Position numbers and translations under genes: made by a program
In this document: positions 1-12,204 of the stretch, piece after piece
How the letters are laid out: each line of letters starts with the position of its first letter
Numbering within the stretch: position 1 is the first letter of the stretch
The notes under the pieces: generated by a model
The model's database searches: none
Told to the model about the DNA's origin: nothing
The model's input: the letters and a program-made list of their open reading frames with translations, nothing else
Origin: Octopus bimaculoides
Taxonomy: Eukaryota
Assembly: GCF_001194135.2 (NCBI RefSeq)
Contig: NC_068984.1
Span: forward strand, 60,651,283 to 60,715,282
Direction: 5' to 3'
DNA: 64,000 bases

Positions 1-435
1 GGCCTACAGACACAAAAATCTTTTTCATTCTAGCTTTTACAAGCTAAAACTCATCATTTATTTGCACATATTTGCCAACAAAATGTAATAAATCTAGATT
101 TTTCTCTGTCATGGAAAATAGGCAGAAAGCTATCATTACCGGGTCAGTTTTTGGGATGAGTAAATAATAATAATAATAATAATTATAATAATAATAATAT
201 TAATGATGATGATGATGATGATGATAATAATGTTTAAAATAATGATAATAATAATAACAATAATAATATTCCAAATATTTTAGAATTTGTTGTTTCTCAG
301 TGGCTGTAGTTGAGTGTGTATGTATGTGTATAAACGTGTGCATATATGTGTGTATGTGTGTGTGTAGGTTTATCTCTGAGTGCACTATTGTCTATGTCTA
401 ACCATCTATTAGTCTTTCTATCCAAATGTAAATAA

Positions 436-472
<37 letters not shown>

Positions 473-768
473 CGTATGTGTGTGTGCACATGTGTATGTG
501 TTAATATGTATATTTGTGTGTGTTCGTGTATCCCTGTGGGTTTCATCATATTAAACAAGTCTTAAAGATACAAAAGACTCAATATATCAGGATGAGGACT
601 GTGTTATATTCTTTATTTGATGATCAATATTCTAAGTTAAATCTGCTTTATTTCTAAGTGAATCAACTCTTTACTAGTCAGCAAGTAAAAAATATACATA
701 GTGGCATGGCAAGATGGATCTTAAGATTATGTTATATAATATATATTATTATTATTATCATTATTATT

Positions 769-1262
769 GAGTGAGAGAGCATACCATCAAAGTGACACTG
801 GGATAAAATATACAAAACCCAGTATTCCCATCATAACTACCTGTCTGATAAGGGTACACCAAGCACATACATCACAACCATATGTATGCAACATGGTGAT
901 CTCATATCAAGATAAACAATGCATGACCTTGCGGGTGAGCCCCAGTTAGAATTGTCTTCAGATCAAGTAGCCCATCCTGCTGAAAAGGTCTCGGAATAAG
1001 GGTTGTTTAAGGATGTTGAATGAAAGACCCATGTTTTCAAAGGTGAGTTATCGAGCCCCAAAGAATTCCTCTATGGTGCTCCCCCACTTCTGCTCATGAT
1101 CTGAGATGCATGGTCAAATAACTGACCAGGAAATCTGTGGCATTGAGCAGAAGATTTGCTGTAGCCCGTCTTTTATACCAAGACAAAACAATGTAGATGA
1201 TTACACTTAAAATCAGTTAAGATCAGAAGCCATGAGAGCCACTGCCTGGTACTGCATCAATA
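769..1262 (+). mobile_element. Interspersed repeat with (ATT)n tail, possibly a non-LTR retrotransposon 3' UTR
   Basis: A ~490-bp, more GC-balanced block ending ...GAGAGCCACTGCCTGGTACTGCATCAATAC, with (ATT)n-like sequence on both sides. No recognisable ORF. Confidence 0.4.
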
Positions 1263-1263
1263 C

Positions 1264-1351
<88 letters not shown>
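1263..1351. repeat. (ATT)n microsatellite, about 29 units
   Basis: Direct reading. Confidence 0.97.
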
Positions 1352-1984
1352 TAAGACAGTTTAGTTTGGCTCCATATGATTGCAGTTTCGCAGGCTCTTT
1401 ACAGAAACCTAGTTTGTCCAGGCTCAGATAGCTGAATGAAAAGATACAGGAAGTTCAAGAAGGCTACTGGAAACTGTGCTGCTTCTGGTCAAGGCAGGTC
1501 ACATGGTATTGTTAGTTGTGAGATTATCTTTTGTGCAACACCAGATGCATTAGAAAAGAGAATTTCTTGAACCTTGTGGTTGAACAGGAAGCTGGTGACA
1601 TCTTGGTGTCTGGCCAGCTTTTGAGGGACTTGAAGGTCAATAGAAATATGTGTGGATGTTTTGATGCCTAAGTACGGATGTGGGTTTCTGATGTCTATCC
1701 CTATCATCGCTTGATAATTGCTGTTGGTTTGTTTTCTGTACTCTTACTTAGTAGTTCAGCTAAAGATATTGACAGAATAAGTACCCAACTCTTTAAAAAA
1801 AATATGGGTGTTGACTTCTTCACCTAAACCAGTGGTTTTCAACCATTTTTTTTTTTTACTTGTGGACCTATTTGGTTCCTATTTTATTCTACTGCACCTA
1901 CATAACCATTTGATACTTAAAAAAAAATCCTATTATATTTTTATAATTAAATGTTAGGAATTGTATTCTTTTATTTGTTTTTAT

Positions 1985-2176
1985 CATTTGACTACCTCCA
2001 TGCTGGAGCACCACCTTTTAGTTGAAGAAATTGACCCCAGGACTTAGTCTTTGTAAGCCCAGTACTTATCCTATCGGTCTTTTTTGCCAAACTGCTAAGT
2101 TATGGAGATGTAAACACACCAACATCGGTTGTCAAGCAATGGGGGTGAAGGCAAACACAGACACAGACATACAGAC

Positions 2177-2207
<31 letters not shown>

Positions 2208-2347
2208 TATGATGGGTTTCTTTTCAGTTTCCATCTGCCAAATCCACTCATAAGGCTTTGGTCATCCCGAGGCTATAGTAGAAGACACTTGCCCAAGGTG
2301 CCACGCAGTGGGACTGAACCCAGAACCTTGTAGTTGGGAAGCAAGCT
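1985..2347 (-). mobile_element. SINE-A, tRNA-derived SINE with CORE-like segment and internal (CA)n
   Basis: Reverse complement of the full-length plus copy at 10879-11345. Contains GAAGACACTTGCCCAAGGTGCCACGCAGTGGGACTGAACCC. Confidence 0.85.
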
Positions 2348-2566
2348 TAGAAAAATTGTTAAAACATTTTGTGTATTGTAGAAGTATAAGCAATTTATTG
2401 CAGATAAGCTGTAACAACAAAGTTTTATATGGACCTCTAAGAGTCATATGAACCTTAGTTGATAACCACTGAGCTAAACCTTTCATGGCTGAGTCCCAGT
2501 AAGGTCACAGCCCAATGATTGAGACAAATAAAAGATATGTGCATATATAAATATATAATATATATA

Positions 2567-2755
2567 CAGTAATCCCTCACCATATCATGGTTCACCTATC
2601 ACAGTTGTTGTTTTACGTTTATAATAAAATAAATATATGCAAATTATAAAAATAATTTAAAAAGTATGCAATACAGTACTGTTTCTATTTTGTGGATTTT
2701 CACCTATTGTAGTGAGTTTTGGAACATAACATCCATGATAGTCAAGGGATTACTC
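2567..2755. mobile_element. pogo/Tigger-type MITE
   Basis: TA|CAGTAATCCCT at the left end and AGGGATTACT(C) at the right end form an inverted terminal repeat. Non-coding, about 190 bp. Confidence 0.7.
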
Positions 2756-2796
2756 AATATACATATACAGTAATCCTATGTTGATGATATATATAT

Positions 2797-3793
2797 NNNN
2801 NNNNNNNNNNNNNNNNNNNNNNNNNNNNNNNNNNNNNNNNNNNNNNNNNNNNNNNNNNNNNNNNNNNNNNNNNNNNNNNNNNNNNNNNNNNNNNNNNNNN
2901 NNNNNNNNNNNNNNNNNNNNNNNNNNNNNNNNNNNNNNNNNNNNNNNNNNNNNNNNNNNNNNNNNNNNNNNNNNNNNNNNNNNNNNNNNNNNNNNNNNNN
3001 NNNNNNNNNNNNNNNNNNNNNNNNNNNNNNNNNNNNNNNNNNNNNNNNNNNNNNNNNNNNNNNNNNNNNNNNNNNNNNNNNNNNNNNNNNNNNNNNNNNN
3101 NNNNNNNNNNNNNNNNNNNNNNNNNNNNNNNNNNNNNNNNNNNNNNNNNNNNNNNNNNNNNNNNNNNNNNNNNNNNNNNNNNNNNNNNNNNNNNNNNNNN
3201 NNNNNNNNNNNNNNNNNNNNNNNNNNNNNNNNNNNNNNNNNNNNNNNNNNNNNNNNNNNNNNNNNNNNNNNNNNNNNNNNNNNNNNNNNNNNNNNNNNNN
3301 NNNNNNNNNNNNNNNNNNNNNNNNNNNNNNNNNNNNNNNNNNNNNNNNNNNNNNNNNNNNNNNNNNNNNNNNNNNNNNNNNNNNNNNNNNNNNNNNNNNN
3401 NNNNNNNNNNNNNNNNNNNNNNNNNNNNNNNNNNNNNNNNNNNNNNNNNNNNNNNNNNNNNNNNNNNNNNNNNNNNNNNNNNNNNNNNNNNNNNNNNNNN
3501 NNNNNNNNNNNNNNNNNNNNNNNNNNNNNNNNNNNNNNNNNNNNNNNNNNNNNNNNNNNNNNNNNNNNNNNNNNNNNNNNNNNNNNNNNNNNNNNNNNNN
3601 NNNNNNNNNNNNNNNNNNNNNNNNNNNNNNNNNNNNNNNNNNNNNNNNNNNNNNNNNNNNNNNNNNNNNNNNNNNNNNNNNNNNNNNNNNNNNNNNNNNN
3701 NNNNNNNNNNNNNNNNNNNNNNNNNNNNNNNNNNNNNNNNNNNNNNNNNNNNNNNNNNNNNNNNNNNNNNNNNNNNNNNNNNNNNNNNNNNNN
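2797..3793. other. Assembly gap (N)
   Basis: Run of N flanked by (TA)n. Confidence 1.
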
Positions 3794-4718
3794 TATATAT
3801 ATATATATATATATATATTTCTATTTTTTCTATTTTCTATTTTCTCTCCCTGCTTATTTCTTTGTTCCTTTCTGTCGAAAAGCTTAGTCTCGAAACGTAT
3901 AAGATTTTCTCACTTACTGAGCGTTAAACTAATACAGCTGTTTGTTGTTTACACACATGTCTTTGTCTTTTGTTTTTTTTTAAATTCTCACTATATGTAT
4001 ACATACATATATATATATATATGTATGTATGTATATTTATATATATGTGTATATATATAATGTATGTATATCTAACTATACGTGTGTCTTTTATATATAT
4101 ATGTGTGTGTATATATCTATCTAACTATATGTGTACACACAAACACACACACACACACACACACAAACACAACATATATCCTCTCTCTCACACACACACT
4201 CTCTCTCTCTCTTACTCTTTTCTCTATCTTTCTCTCTTTTCTGCTGTTGTTTAGTCCTGCATCAACTCAGATGACACTAATCTGTGCTCAAAGACATTTG
4301 CATCCTGACAATCTTGTCTTTTTGTATAGCAGAGATCTCACTATCCATTCTGTTCTGGCTGCTGTCTTGCCATGTCAGCTGACATCATGGAGACTCTTTG
4401 TTTGTAACTTTGCTTATATGTGTGGATATGTGTGCATGTGGATGTATGCAGATAAATATGCACATGTGTGTATGTATATGTGTGTGTTTATGCATATTTA
4501 TGTATAAATGTGTCTGTGTGCAAATATATGTATGTGCTCATGTATGTATGTGTATATCTATGTATTTTTGTATGTGTTTGTGCATATAGTGTTATGTTAT
4601 CCTTTCCCACTCTCCTCTTTCCCTCTCCCCTTTCAAATTTACTGGCATTCCTTTATATTTTCTCTACTCCCTCCAGATTGCCCACTCCTTCCACAAACAC
4701 TTATCACCTCTTTCCTCT

Positions 4719-4928
4719 TCTTCCTTACCTCTCCTCTTCTTCCTTACCTCTCCTCTTCTTCCTTACCTCTCCTCTTCTTCCTTACCTCTCCTCTTCTTCC
4801 TTACCTCTCCTCTTCTTCCTTACCTCTCCTCTTCTTCCTTACCTCTCCTCTTCTTCCTTACCTCTCCTCTTCTTCCTTACCTCTCCTCTTCTTCCTTACC
4901 TCTCCTCTTCTTCCTTACCTCTCCTCTT
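4719..4928. repeat. 19-bp minisatellite (CTTCCTTACCTCTCCTCTT)x~11
   Basis: About 11 near-perfect tandem units, almost pure pyrimidine on the plus strand. Confidence 0.95.
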
Positions 4929-5074
4929 TCTTCTCCCTTAACTCTCCTCTTTCTTCTCCCTTACCTCTCTAATCCTAATGTATTTACATTTCTTCTCTCT
5001 CACAAAGGTTCTGCCTAGAAACTTCAGTCTTCTCTGTTTTCATAGCATAAAATTTATTCCACTGTCTTGAATTA

Positions 5075-5780
5075 TTTTTATTAGTGAGGGGTAATATTTA
5101 TCCCTATTTAACATGAATATTCTGTTAGAACAAACAATACCATGAAAGAAACTCTCATATTGGCTTTTGGTGCAAAATACATGCTTGTTTATATTGCTAG
5201 TGGGGAGATAAATCCCCACCAGATCACATGACTTCAACCTTCTTTGATCTTGTCAATGACAGACATTTGACCACCAGAAATAGTAGTAACTGATCTCCCT
5301 ACCAGCAATATGTATAGCAAAACAGGGCCAGAACAGGTGCTGATATTGCAATAAGCTAATGAACTTATAAATCCCTGCCATCTCCAGTACCAAGACCACC
5401 AGGTCACATGATTTTGACCATCCTTGGTCTTCTCAATGAAGGGCACTCAACTGGTAGAGATAGCAGCAACACATCTCCTCACCAGCAATATATGGAAAAA
5501 TAATACTAGTACAAGCACTGGTGTCATGATAAGTGATTGAGCTTGTTAAAAAATATATATCAGTAACCGAGGCAGTATTAATTCCAAGAGATAATATTTA
5601 TCCCCACTTGAACATGTATGTTCTATCTCCACTTAAACATAGATGTCCTGTTAGAACAAACTATACTGTGGCAGATACCATGAGAGAAACTCTCATATTG
5701 ACTTTTGGAGCAAGATGCACTCTTGTTTATATTGCAAGCTGAGAGGTAAATCCTTGCCATTTCCAGTGCTAAGTATCACT
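5075..5780 (+). repeat. Degenerate tandem/modular repeat (~340-bp unit, about 2.5 partial copies)
   Basis: CTGTTAGAACAAAC...GAAACTCTCATATTG.CTTTTGG.GCAA occurs at ~5120 and ~5650. CACCAG.TCACATGA...CCAGCAATAT occurs at ~5220 and ~5395. A reverse-complement copy lies at 49465-49850. Confidence 0.75.
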
Positions 5781-5999
5781 AGTTTTCTCAGATTCTTTTG
5801 TCTCGCAAAATATAATATTTATGGATGTGCTGTGAGTTTAAGAAATTTGCTTTGCAATCTTGAGGTTTCAGGTTCAATCCTACCTTGAGTAAGTGTCTTC
5901 TACTATAGCCTGGGCTGGCCAATGACTTGTTAGCAAAATCTGATTGATGAAACAGGACGGAAGCTCATCATACACATTCACACACACACATATTTTTGT

Positions 6000-6300
6000 C
6001 AAACAAATCAATCCCGGTACCTTTTTTTGCTTTTTGAAGTTAGATACTTATACTATTGTTCTCTTTTGCCGAACCCATTATGTTATGGAGATGTAAACAC
6101 ACCTTCACTAGTTGTGTGTGTGTGTGTGTGTGTGTGTACACGATGGAGTTCTTTCAGTTTCCACTTGCCAAATCCTCTCAGAAAGCTTTGGTTGGCCCAA
6201 GGCTATAGAAGACACTTGTCCAAGGTGCCATGCAGTAGTACTGAACTTGGAACCATGTGATAGGGAAGCAAACTTTGCACCATACAGCTACACCTGCACT
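6000..6300 (-). mobile_element. SINE-A copy
   Basis: Same modules as 1985-2347, with internal (GT)n. Confidence 0.8.
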
Positions 6301-6484
6301 TATACCATGCTTCTGATTTGGCTGTTATTTGGCTATGAAAGGATTCTTTCATTGGCTTGAAATATTACCATTTGTTATAAAACCTTTATTTAGGAAATTC
6401 ATGATCAAAGACATTCCAGCCATTGCAATTTTAATGTATATATACACACTATCTACATTATCCAACATATCCTTCTATGTATGT

Positions 6485-6868
6485 GGAGGCGCAATGGCCC
6501 AGTGGTTAGGGCAGCGGACTCGTGGTCATAGGATTGCGGTTTCGATTCCCAGACCGGGCGTTGTGAGTGTTTATTGACCGAAAACACCGAAACCTCCACA
6601 AGGCTCCGGCAGGGAATGGTGGTGAACCCTGCTGTACTCTTCCACCACAACTTTCTCTCATTCTTACTTCATCTTTCTGTTGTGCTTGTAATTCAAAGGG
6701 TCAGCCATGTCACACTGTGTCACGCTGAATATCCCCGAGAACTGTGTTAAGGGTACACGTGTCTGTAGAGTGCTCAGCCACTTGCACGTTAATTTCACGA
6801 GCAGGCTGTTCCATTGATCGGATCAACTGGAACCCTCGACGTCGTAAGCGACGGAGTGCCAACAACAA
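6485..6868 (+). mobile_element. SINE-B, full-length tRNA-derived SINE with 10-bp target-site duplication
   Basis: A-box-like TGGCCCAGTGG, B-box-like GGTTTCGATTCCC, (CAA)n tail. CCTTCTATGT is duplicated at 6471-6480 and 6869-6878. Highly similar to 11567-11950. Confidence 0.9.
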
Positions 6869-7210
6869 CCTTCTATGTTTAAGATTGTGGATGTATGATT
6901 CAAGTGAAATTTAGCTGCTATTTTAAGCAGGGTGATGTGAATGTAGGAGCTCCATTTATTAGCTCAAACTATTACTGGCAGCAGATTGCAATTTACTGAA
7001 TCAACATGATTCTTTCTCCTATAAAACCTGTTTTGGGTAAAAGAAATCATTATATATATATATATGCCGAAACATTTTCCTTATTGTCAGATTCTGTAGC
7101 CATAAGAGGAGTGGGAAGAGAGACGAACAGTAAAAGGGGAACGAAGAAAAACGATAAGATAGAGGGACATAAGTGGATTGATAAGTAAAGAAATAGGCAA
7201 ACAAACAGAC

Positions 7211-7263
<53 letters not shown>

Positions 7264-7799
7264 CATATATACATATAGATATATAGATAAATAGATAGAG
7301 AGATAGGTTGATATAGATAAATAGTAGTGAAATAGATAGATAGATATGTAACTAGGTAGACGTACACATTACACATTGATAGGTAGAAAGATAGAGATAG
7401 ATACAAAGCTACACAAATAGACAAACAAATAGATAGGTATACTGTATACAGATAAATATTCATTGAGAGATAAAACACAAATAGATTTTTTTTCCTCATG
7501 TAAGATGTTTCTTCGTATTTTATGTCCAAAATATTTCCTAACTTTTTTCTTTAATAGTTTTTCTATTGAAAGCTTAGACAGGTTGGAAGTTTCAGGCTGA
7601 CATTCTGAGTAATTTCCCTTAGTGATTTATTTCTTCTTTGACATATAGCCAGTTGTAAAGTTGATAGACTTCAACGAACAACAAAATTTTTAAATCTGAA
7701 GAATTTTCCTAAATGCAACTTCACATATTCCACAGACACACACACACATATATATATATATATCTGTCTATCTATCTACATACCTATATATATATATAT

Positions 7800-7950
7800 C
7801 ATCATCGTTCATCATCGTTTAACGTCTGCTTTCCATGCTAGCATGGGTTGCACGATTTGACTGAGGACTGGTGGACCAGGTGGCTACACCAGGCTCCAAT
7901 CTGATTTGGCAGTATTTCTACAGCTGGATGCCCTTCCTAACGCCAACCAC
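7800..7950 (-). mobile_element. RTE LINE 3' end / RTE-tailed short element with (GAT)n tail
   Basis: Reverse complement of ...CCCATGCTAGCATGGAAAGCAGACGTTAAACGATGATG. The tail abuts (TA)n. Confidence 0.85.
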
Positions 7951-7989
7951 TCCATATATACATACATACATACACATGTGACTCAGTGG

Positions 7990-8620
7990 ATGATGTGCTA
8001 GAACTAAAGTGGGGGTTGTTGGGAAGTGATGCTCCAGAAGAAAGGGAGGGACATCAGATAATGAAACAGGAAATTTGAACTGCCTTTTCTCTAGATTAAC
8101 TGCTGGCAAGAGCAGACAGTGGACAAAATCCTTGATGTTCTCAGGTTTTTTTTTTCTACTGAAGGTGATATCATGGCCTGGATTAGGAAAATAAAGCTTC
8201 TCAAGAAGAAGTTGCATGGCATACAGAACATAGTCAGTGTTATGCCTTTGTACTAAAGGGAAGCACATAACTTATGTCTGTAAATGCACATGGCAGGCCA
8301 ACTAAAGGTGGGAAAGAACTGAAGAGCAGCTGAAGGACACAGATGCAGGGAGAATGAACTGGATGAGAGCACAGGTGGATAATTATGTGAGTAAAATCAG
8401 AAGACAAGCTGGACAAGCTAGAATTTTTCCAGTGCAGTGATGGAGAAAGTTGTGAATCTGGCATTTGTGATGACAATGACAATGGGCAACTTGGTGGATA
8501 GAATGAAGATATGGATGCAAAACAATACCCATGATTTTGTGGGAGTTGTGTCAGTGGAGCTTAGTAGAACATGGAGGCAAGTAGTGAATGGTGAAATCTA
8601 GAGAATAACAGGAAAGTTGA
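7990..8620 (-). mobile_element. Highly decayed LINE reverse-transcriptase N-terminal fragment
   Basis: Frameshifted minus-strand peptides KKKPENIKDF / PLSAL / EKAVQI resemble the conserved PI.KKG.....NYRPISLL..LSKV.EK motif of non-LTR RTs. Confidence 0.35.
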
Positions 8621-8702
8621 TATGGACACTTAAGGATCTGTGTTTTCAGGTGTTGGGGTTTGCACAGAGTCAGGGACTGCAAAATGTCGAAATAGCTTGT
8701 AG

Positions 8703-9000
8703 TCATCATCATCATCATCATTTAACATCCGTCTTCCATGCTGGCATGGGTTGGATGGTTTCACAGGAGCCAGCCTGGCAGAAAACTACACCAGGCTACT
8801 GTGTCTGTTTTGGCATGGTTTTTATGGCTGGATGCCCTTCATAACACCAACCACCCTGTAGAGAGGACTGAGTGCTTTTTATGTGGCACCAGCACAGGCG
8901 AGGTCAGTTTTGCTATGGTTTTACTGCTGGATCCCTTCCAAATGCCAACCACTTCACAGTGTGGACTGGACGCTTTTTACATGGAACCAGCTCTGTTAAG
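8703..9000 (-). mobile_element. RTE-tailed element (variant) with (GAT)n tail
   Basis: (CAT)n-TTAACATCCGTCTTCCATGCTGGCATGGGTTGG...GGCTGGATGCCCTTC. Confidence 0.75.
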
Positions 9001-10054
9001 GTCATCAAGTAACTTGCAAGACAAGGGATTTTGAGAGGGATCGTGCATTAAAGGAGGTGACCTTGTGTCAGATGATGAAAGATTAGAGTGTGACGGAGAG
9101 ACAGTGAGGTAGAAACAGGTGTTTTGCTAGAGGAGGTAACTAACTACTGGGCCATGTGACTTCACCTACCTTCCTTGACTGGTATTTAATTTAACACTCA
9201 AGAAGTGCAAAAAGCAAAGTTGACCTTGGTCAGATTTAAACTCAGAGCACAAAGAACTTGAAGATATAACTCCAGGCATTTTGTTCTATGCTCTGGTGAC
9301 TTTGCCAATAACTGTGACTCAAATATTACATCTCTGTGCTGTTTAAAATTTATTCTTGTCTTCCAGCTTGTATATATTATAACTATATAAATATTTATAG
9401 ATGTAAAACGTAATACAATTACAACACAACTGCTAGCCTATGCTCACTGCTACTAGTATGAATAAGAACAACAACAACAAGAACAATCAAAATATAATTA
9501 GTAATTGTTTATTCATTAGGTGACATTTCTATGTCTTCTGGTAGACCTTTGCATTTTTATATCAATATTATGATGTGATACACACAACAATATCTTTAGC
9601 CTAAGGTATGTACATATATCCATTTCATATTCTTATTGAAATCTGGTTTGTAAATGACACTTGGAACATTTCTAGAGTAGATTGCATTGTTGAATTCATT
9701 GAAATTATTTACCAGTTTGCTATTAAATGTCACTAGGACACTCTAGTAAAATGAACCATTGATGGAGATTGTGCTTAGTTAGGTTATCAGTATGAATATT
9801 TTAATAATTTTTTTTTCCATGTTCAAATTACAGACAAGATAAGCCCCAAGTTCTAAATTGTAAATTGCATTCTTTCATTGTTTATTTAACAAAAGAATTT
9901 TTTTCCTCTCTTCTTGTTGATAACTAATATAAAAAGTAGTGAACATGTTTTAAGAATATTAAAAAAAAATTACTAAGTAGCTTATCAATAATGCCAGTAG
10001 TAAAGGAATTTTAGAATATAGTGCATATGTATATGTGTGTGTAATAAGTATATA

Positions 10055-10127
<73 letters not shown>

Positions 10128-10149
10128 NNNNNNNNNNNNNNNNNNNNNN
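10128..10149. other. Assembly gap (N)
   Basis: N run between (TA)n and (CA)n. Confidence 1.
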
Positions 10150-10349
10150 CACACACACACACACACACACACATACACACACACATATACTATATGTCTA
10201 TATATAGGTGTATGTATACACACACACACACACACACACACATACACACACACATATACTATATGTCTATATATAGGTGTATGTATACACACACACACAC
10301 ATGTATGAGATATATATATATATTTTTATTTATTTATTTATTTATTTAT

Positions 10350-10579
10350 TTATATTTTTACTTGTTTCAGTCATTAGACTGTGGTCATGCTGGGGTACCA
10401 CCTTGAAGAATTTTCAGTCGAATGTATTGACCCCTATACTTATTTTTTTAAAGCCTGTTACTTATTCTGTCGGTTTCTTTTGCTGAACCACTCAGCACCA
10501 GTTGTTACGTGGAGGACAACACAGACACAAAGACACAAACACACGCATGTGTGCACATGTGCACACACACACACACGCG

Positions 10580-10636
<57 letters not shown>

Positions 10637-10787
10637 CAGGTTTCTATCTACCAAATCCACTCACAAGGCTTTGGTTGACCCACGGTTATAGTAGAAGACA
10701 CTCACTTGTCCTTGGTGCCATGCAGTTGGACTGAACCCAAAATCATGTGGTTGGGAAGCAAGCTTCTTGTCACACAACCACTGCTCT
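10350..10787 (-). mobile_element. SINE-A copy, inverted relative to 10879-11345
   Basis: Module-by-module reverse complement of the neighbouring plus copy. Confidence 0.85.
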
Positions 10788-10878
10788 TATTGCACTATAC
10801 TGCATGTATTATATGCATTGAGTATATACTTGAACATCAGCTGCTAATTAATAAGGTGGGAAGTCTAAATACCTAACA

Positions 10879-11065
10879 ATAGGCGTAGGAGTGGCCGTGT
10901 GGTAAGTAGGTTGCTTACCAACCACATGGTACAGGGTTCATTCCCACTGCGTGGCACCTTGGGCAAGTGTCTTCTACTATAGCCTCGGGCCGACCAAGGC
11001 CTTGTGAGTGGATTTGGTAGATGGAAACTGAAAGAAGCCTGTCGAATATATGTATATATATATAT

Positions 11066-11136
<71 letters not shown>

Positions 11137-11345
11137 TTGTGTGGCTGTGTTTGTCATCCTAACATCACTTGACAACCGATGCTGGTGTGTTTACGTCCCC
11201 ATAACTTAGCGGTTCGGCAAAAGAGACAGATAGAAGAGACTAGGCTTACAGGGAATAAGTCCTGGGGTCGATTTGCTCGACTAAAGGCGGTGCTCCAGCA
11301 TGGCCACAGTCAAATGACTGAAACAAGTAAAAGAGTAAAAGAGTA
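10879..11345 (+). mobile_element. SINE-A, full-length plus-strand copy
   Basis: tRNA-like head (GGAGTGGCCGTGTGGTAAG...GGGTTCATTCCC), CORE-like ACCTTGGGCAAGTGTCTT, internal (TA)/(GT)n, 3' domain, (GTAAAAGA)n-like tail. Confidence 0.9.
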
Positions 11346-11566
11346 AGAGTAATATAAAACCACTCACAACATATCAACATACCTCCGCTTTTCTGTTTCA
11401 TTGTTAAACCATTTGTTTCCAGTATGAGTTCTCATTAGTTTCTGTAAATTCTAATGATTATCATGAATGATGCATGAAGGTCGATTTGGAAGAAGTCAAT
11501 TTTTTTTTTTTATGATGGAAAATTTTTCTAATTTGTAAAATGTGTGAGATGTATTTTTTCTTATTG

Positions 11567-11950
11567 GAGGCGCAATGGCCCAGTGGTTAAGGCAGTGGAC
11601 TCGCGGTCATAGGATCACGGTTTCGATTCCCAGACCGGGCGTTGTGAGTGTTTATTGAGCGAAAACACCCAAAGCTACACGAGGCTATGGCAGGGGATGG
11701 TGGCGAACCCTGCTGTACTCTTCCACCACAACTTTCTCTCATTCTTACTTCCTCTTTCTGTTGTACCTGTAATTCAAAGGCTCAGCCTTGTCACACTGTG
11801 TCATGCTGAATATCCCTGAGAACTACGTTAAGGGGTACACGTGTCTGTGGAGTGCTCAGCCACTTGCACGTTAATTTCACGAGCAGGCTGTTCTGTTGAT
11901 CGGATCAACTGGAACCCTTGACGTTGTAAGCGACGGAGTGCCAGCAACAC
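11567..11950 (+). mobile_element. SINE-B full-length copy
   Basis: Near-identical to 6485-6868 over ~380 bp. Confidence 0.9.
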
Positions 11951-12060
11951 TTCTTTCTTAACCATGTTATGTTTTAAGGACAATTTTTGTTTTGTTGTTG
12001 CTGCTGCTTTTGATTCCATTTCAATTGTGAACATACACTCATTTTATGACATTATCTCAC

Positions 12061-12204
12061 CCATGCTTCCCTTTGTTGAAGTTTGTGATTTAGGAGTCAC
12101 TTGGATGTCCTTTCTTGCACTATGATGGGCCATGTTTTCACCAGAATTTGTTTTCTTTTGTGTTAAGGACTGATGTTTAGAGTTAATTTTAGGTCGTAAT
12201 GTAC
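12061..12204 (-). CDS. Candidate internal exon (144 nt, phase 1-1) of an unidentified minus-strand gene
   Basis: CTAAC branch-like motif, ATATTCCTCAG acceptor and TGG|GTGAGA donor. Open frame (G)TLRPKINSKHQSLTQKKTNSGENMAHHSARKDIQVTPKSQTSTKGSM. No homology recognised. Confidence 0.35.

Noticed and set aside
3860-3990. Possible Penelope-like terminal fragment (CGAAACGT motif beside (TA)n)
   Set aside because: Resemblance from memory only, single copy in the window, and truncated by a gap.
4719-4928. CRISPR-like regular repeat
   Set aside because: No spacers; a pure tandem minisatellite in eukaryotic DNA.
6485-6560. tRNA-like sequences at 6485, 10879, 11567, 18878 and 49126
   Set aside because: A and B boxes are present but there is no closed cloverleaf, and each continues into a multicopy body. 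They are SINE heads, not tRNA genes.
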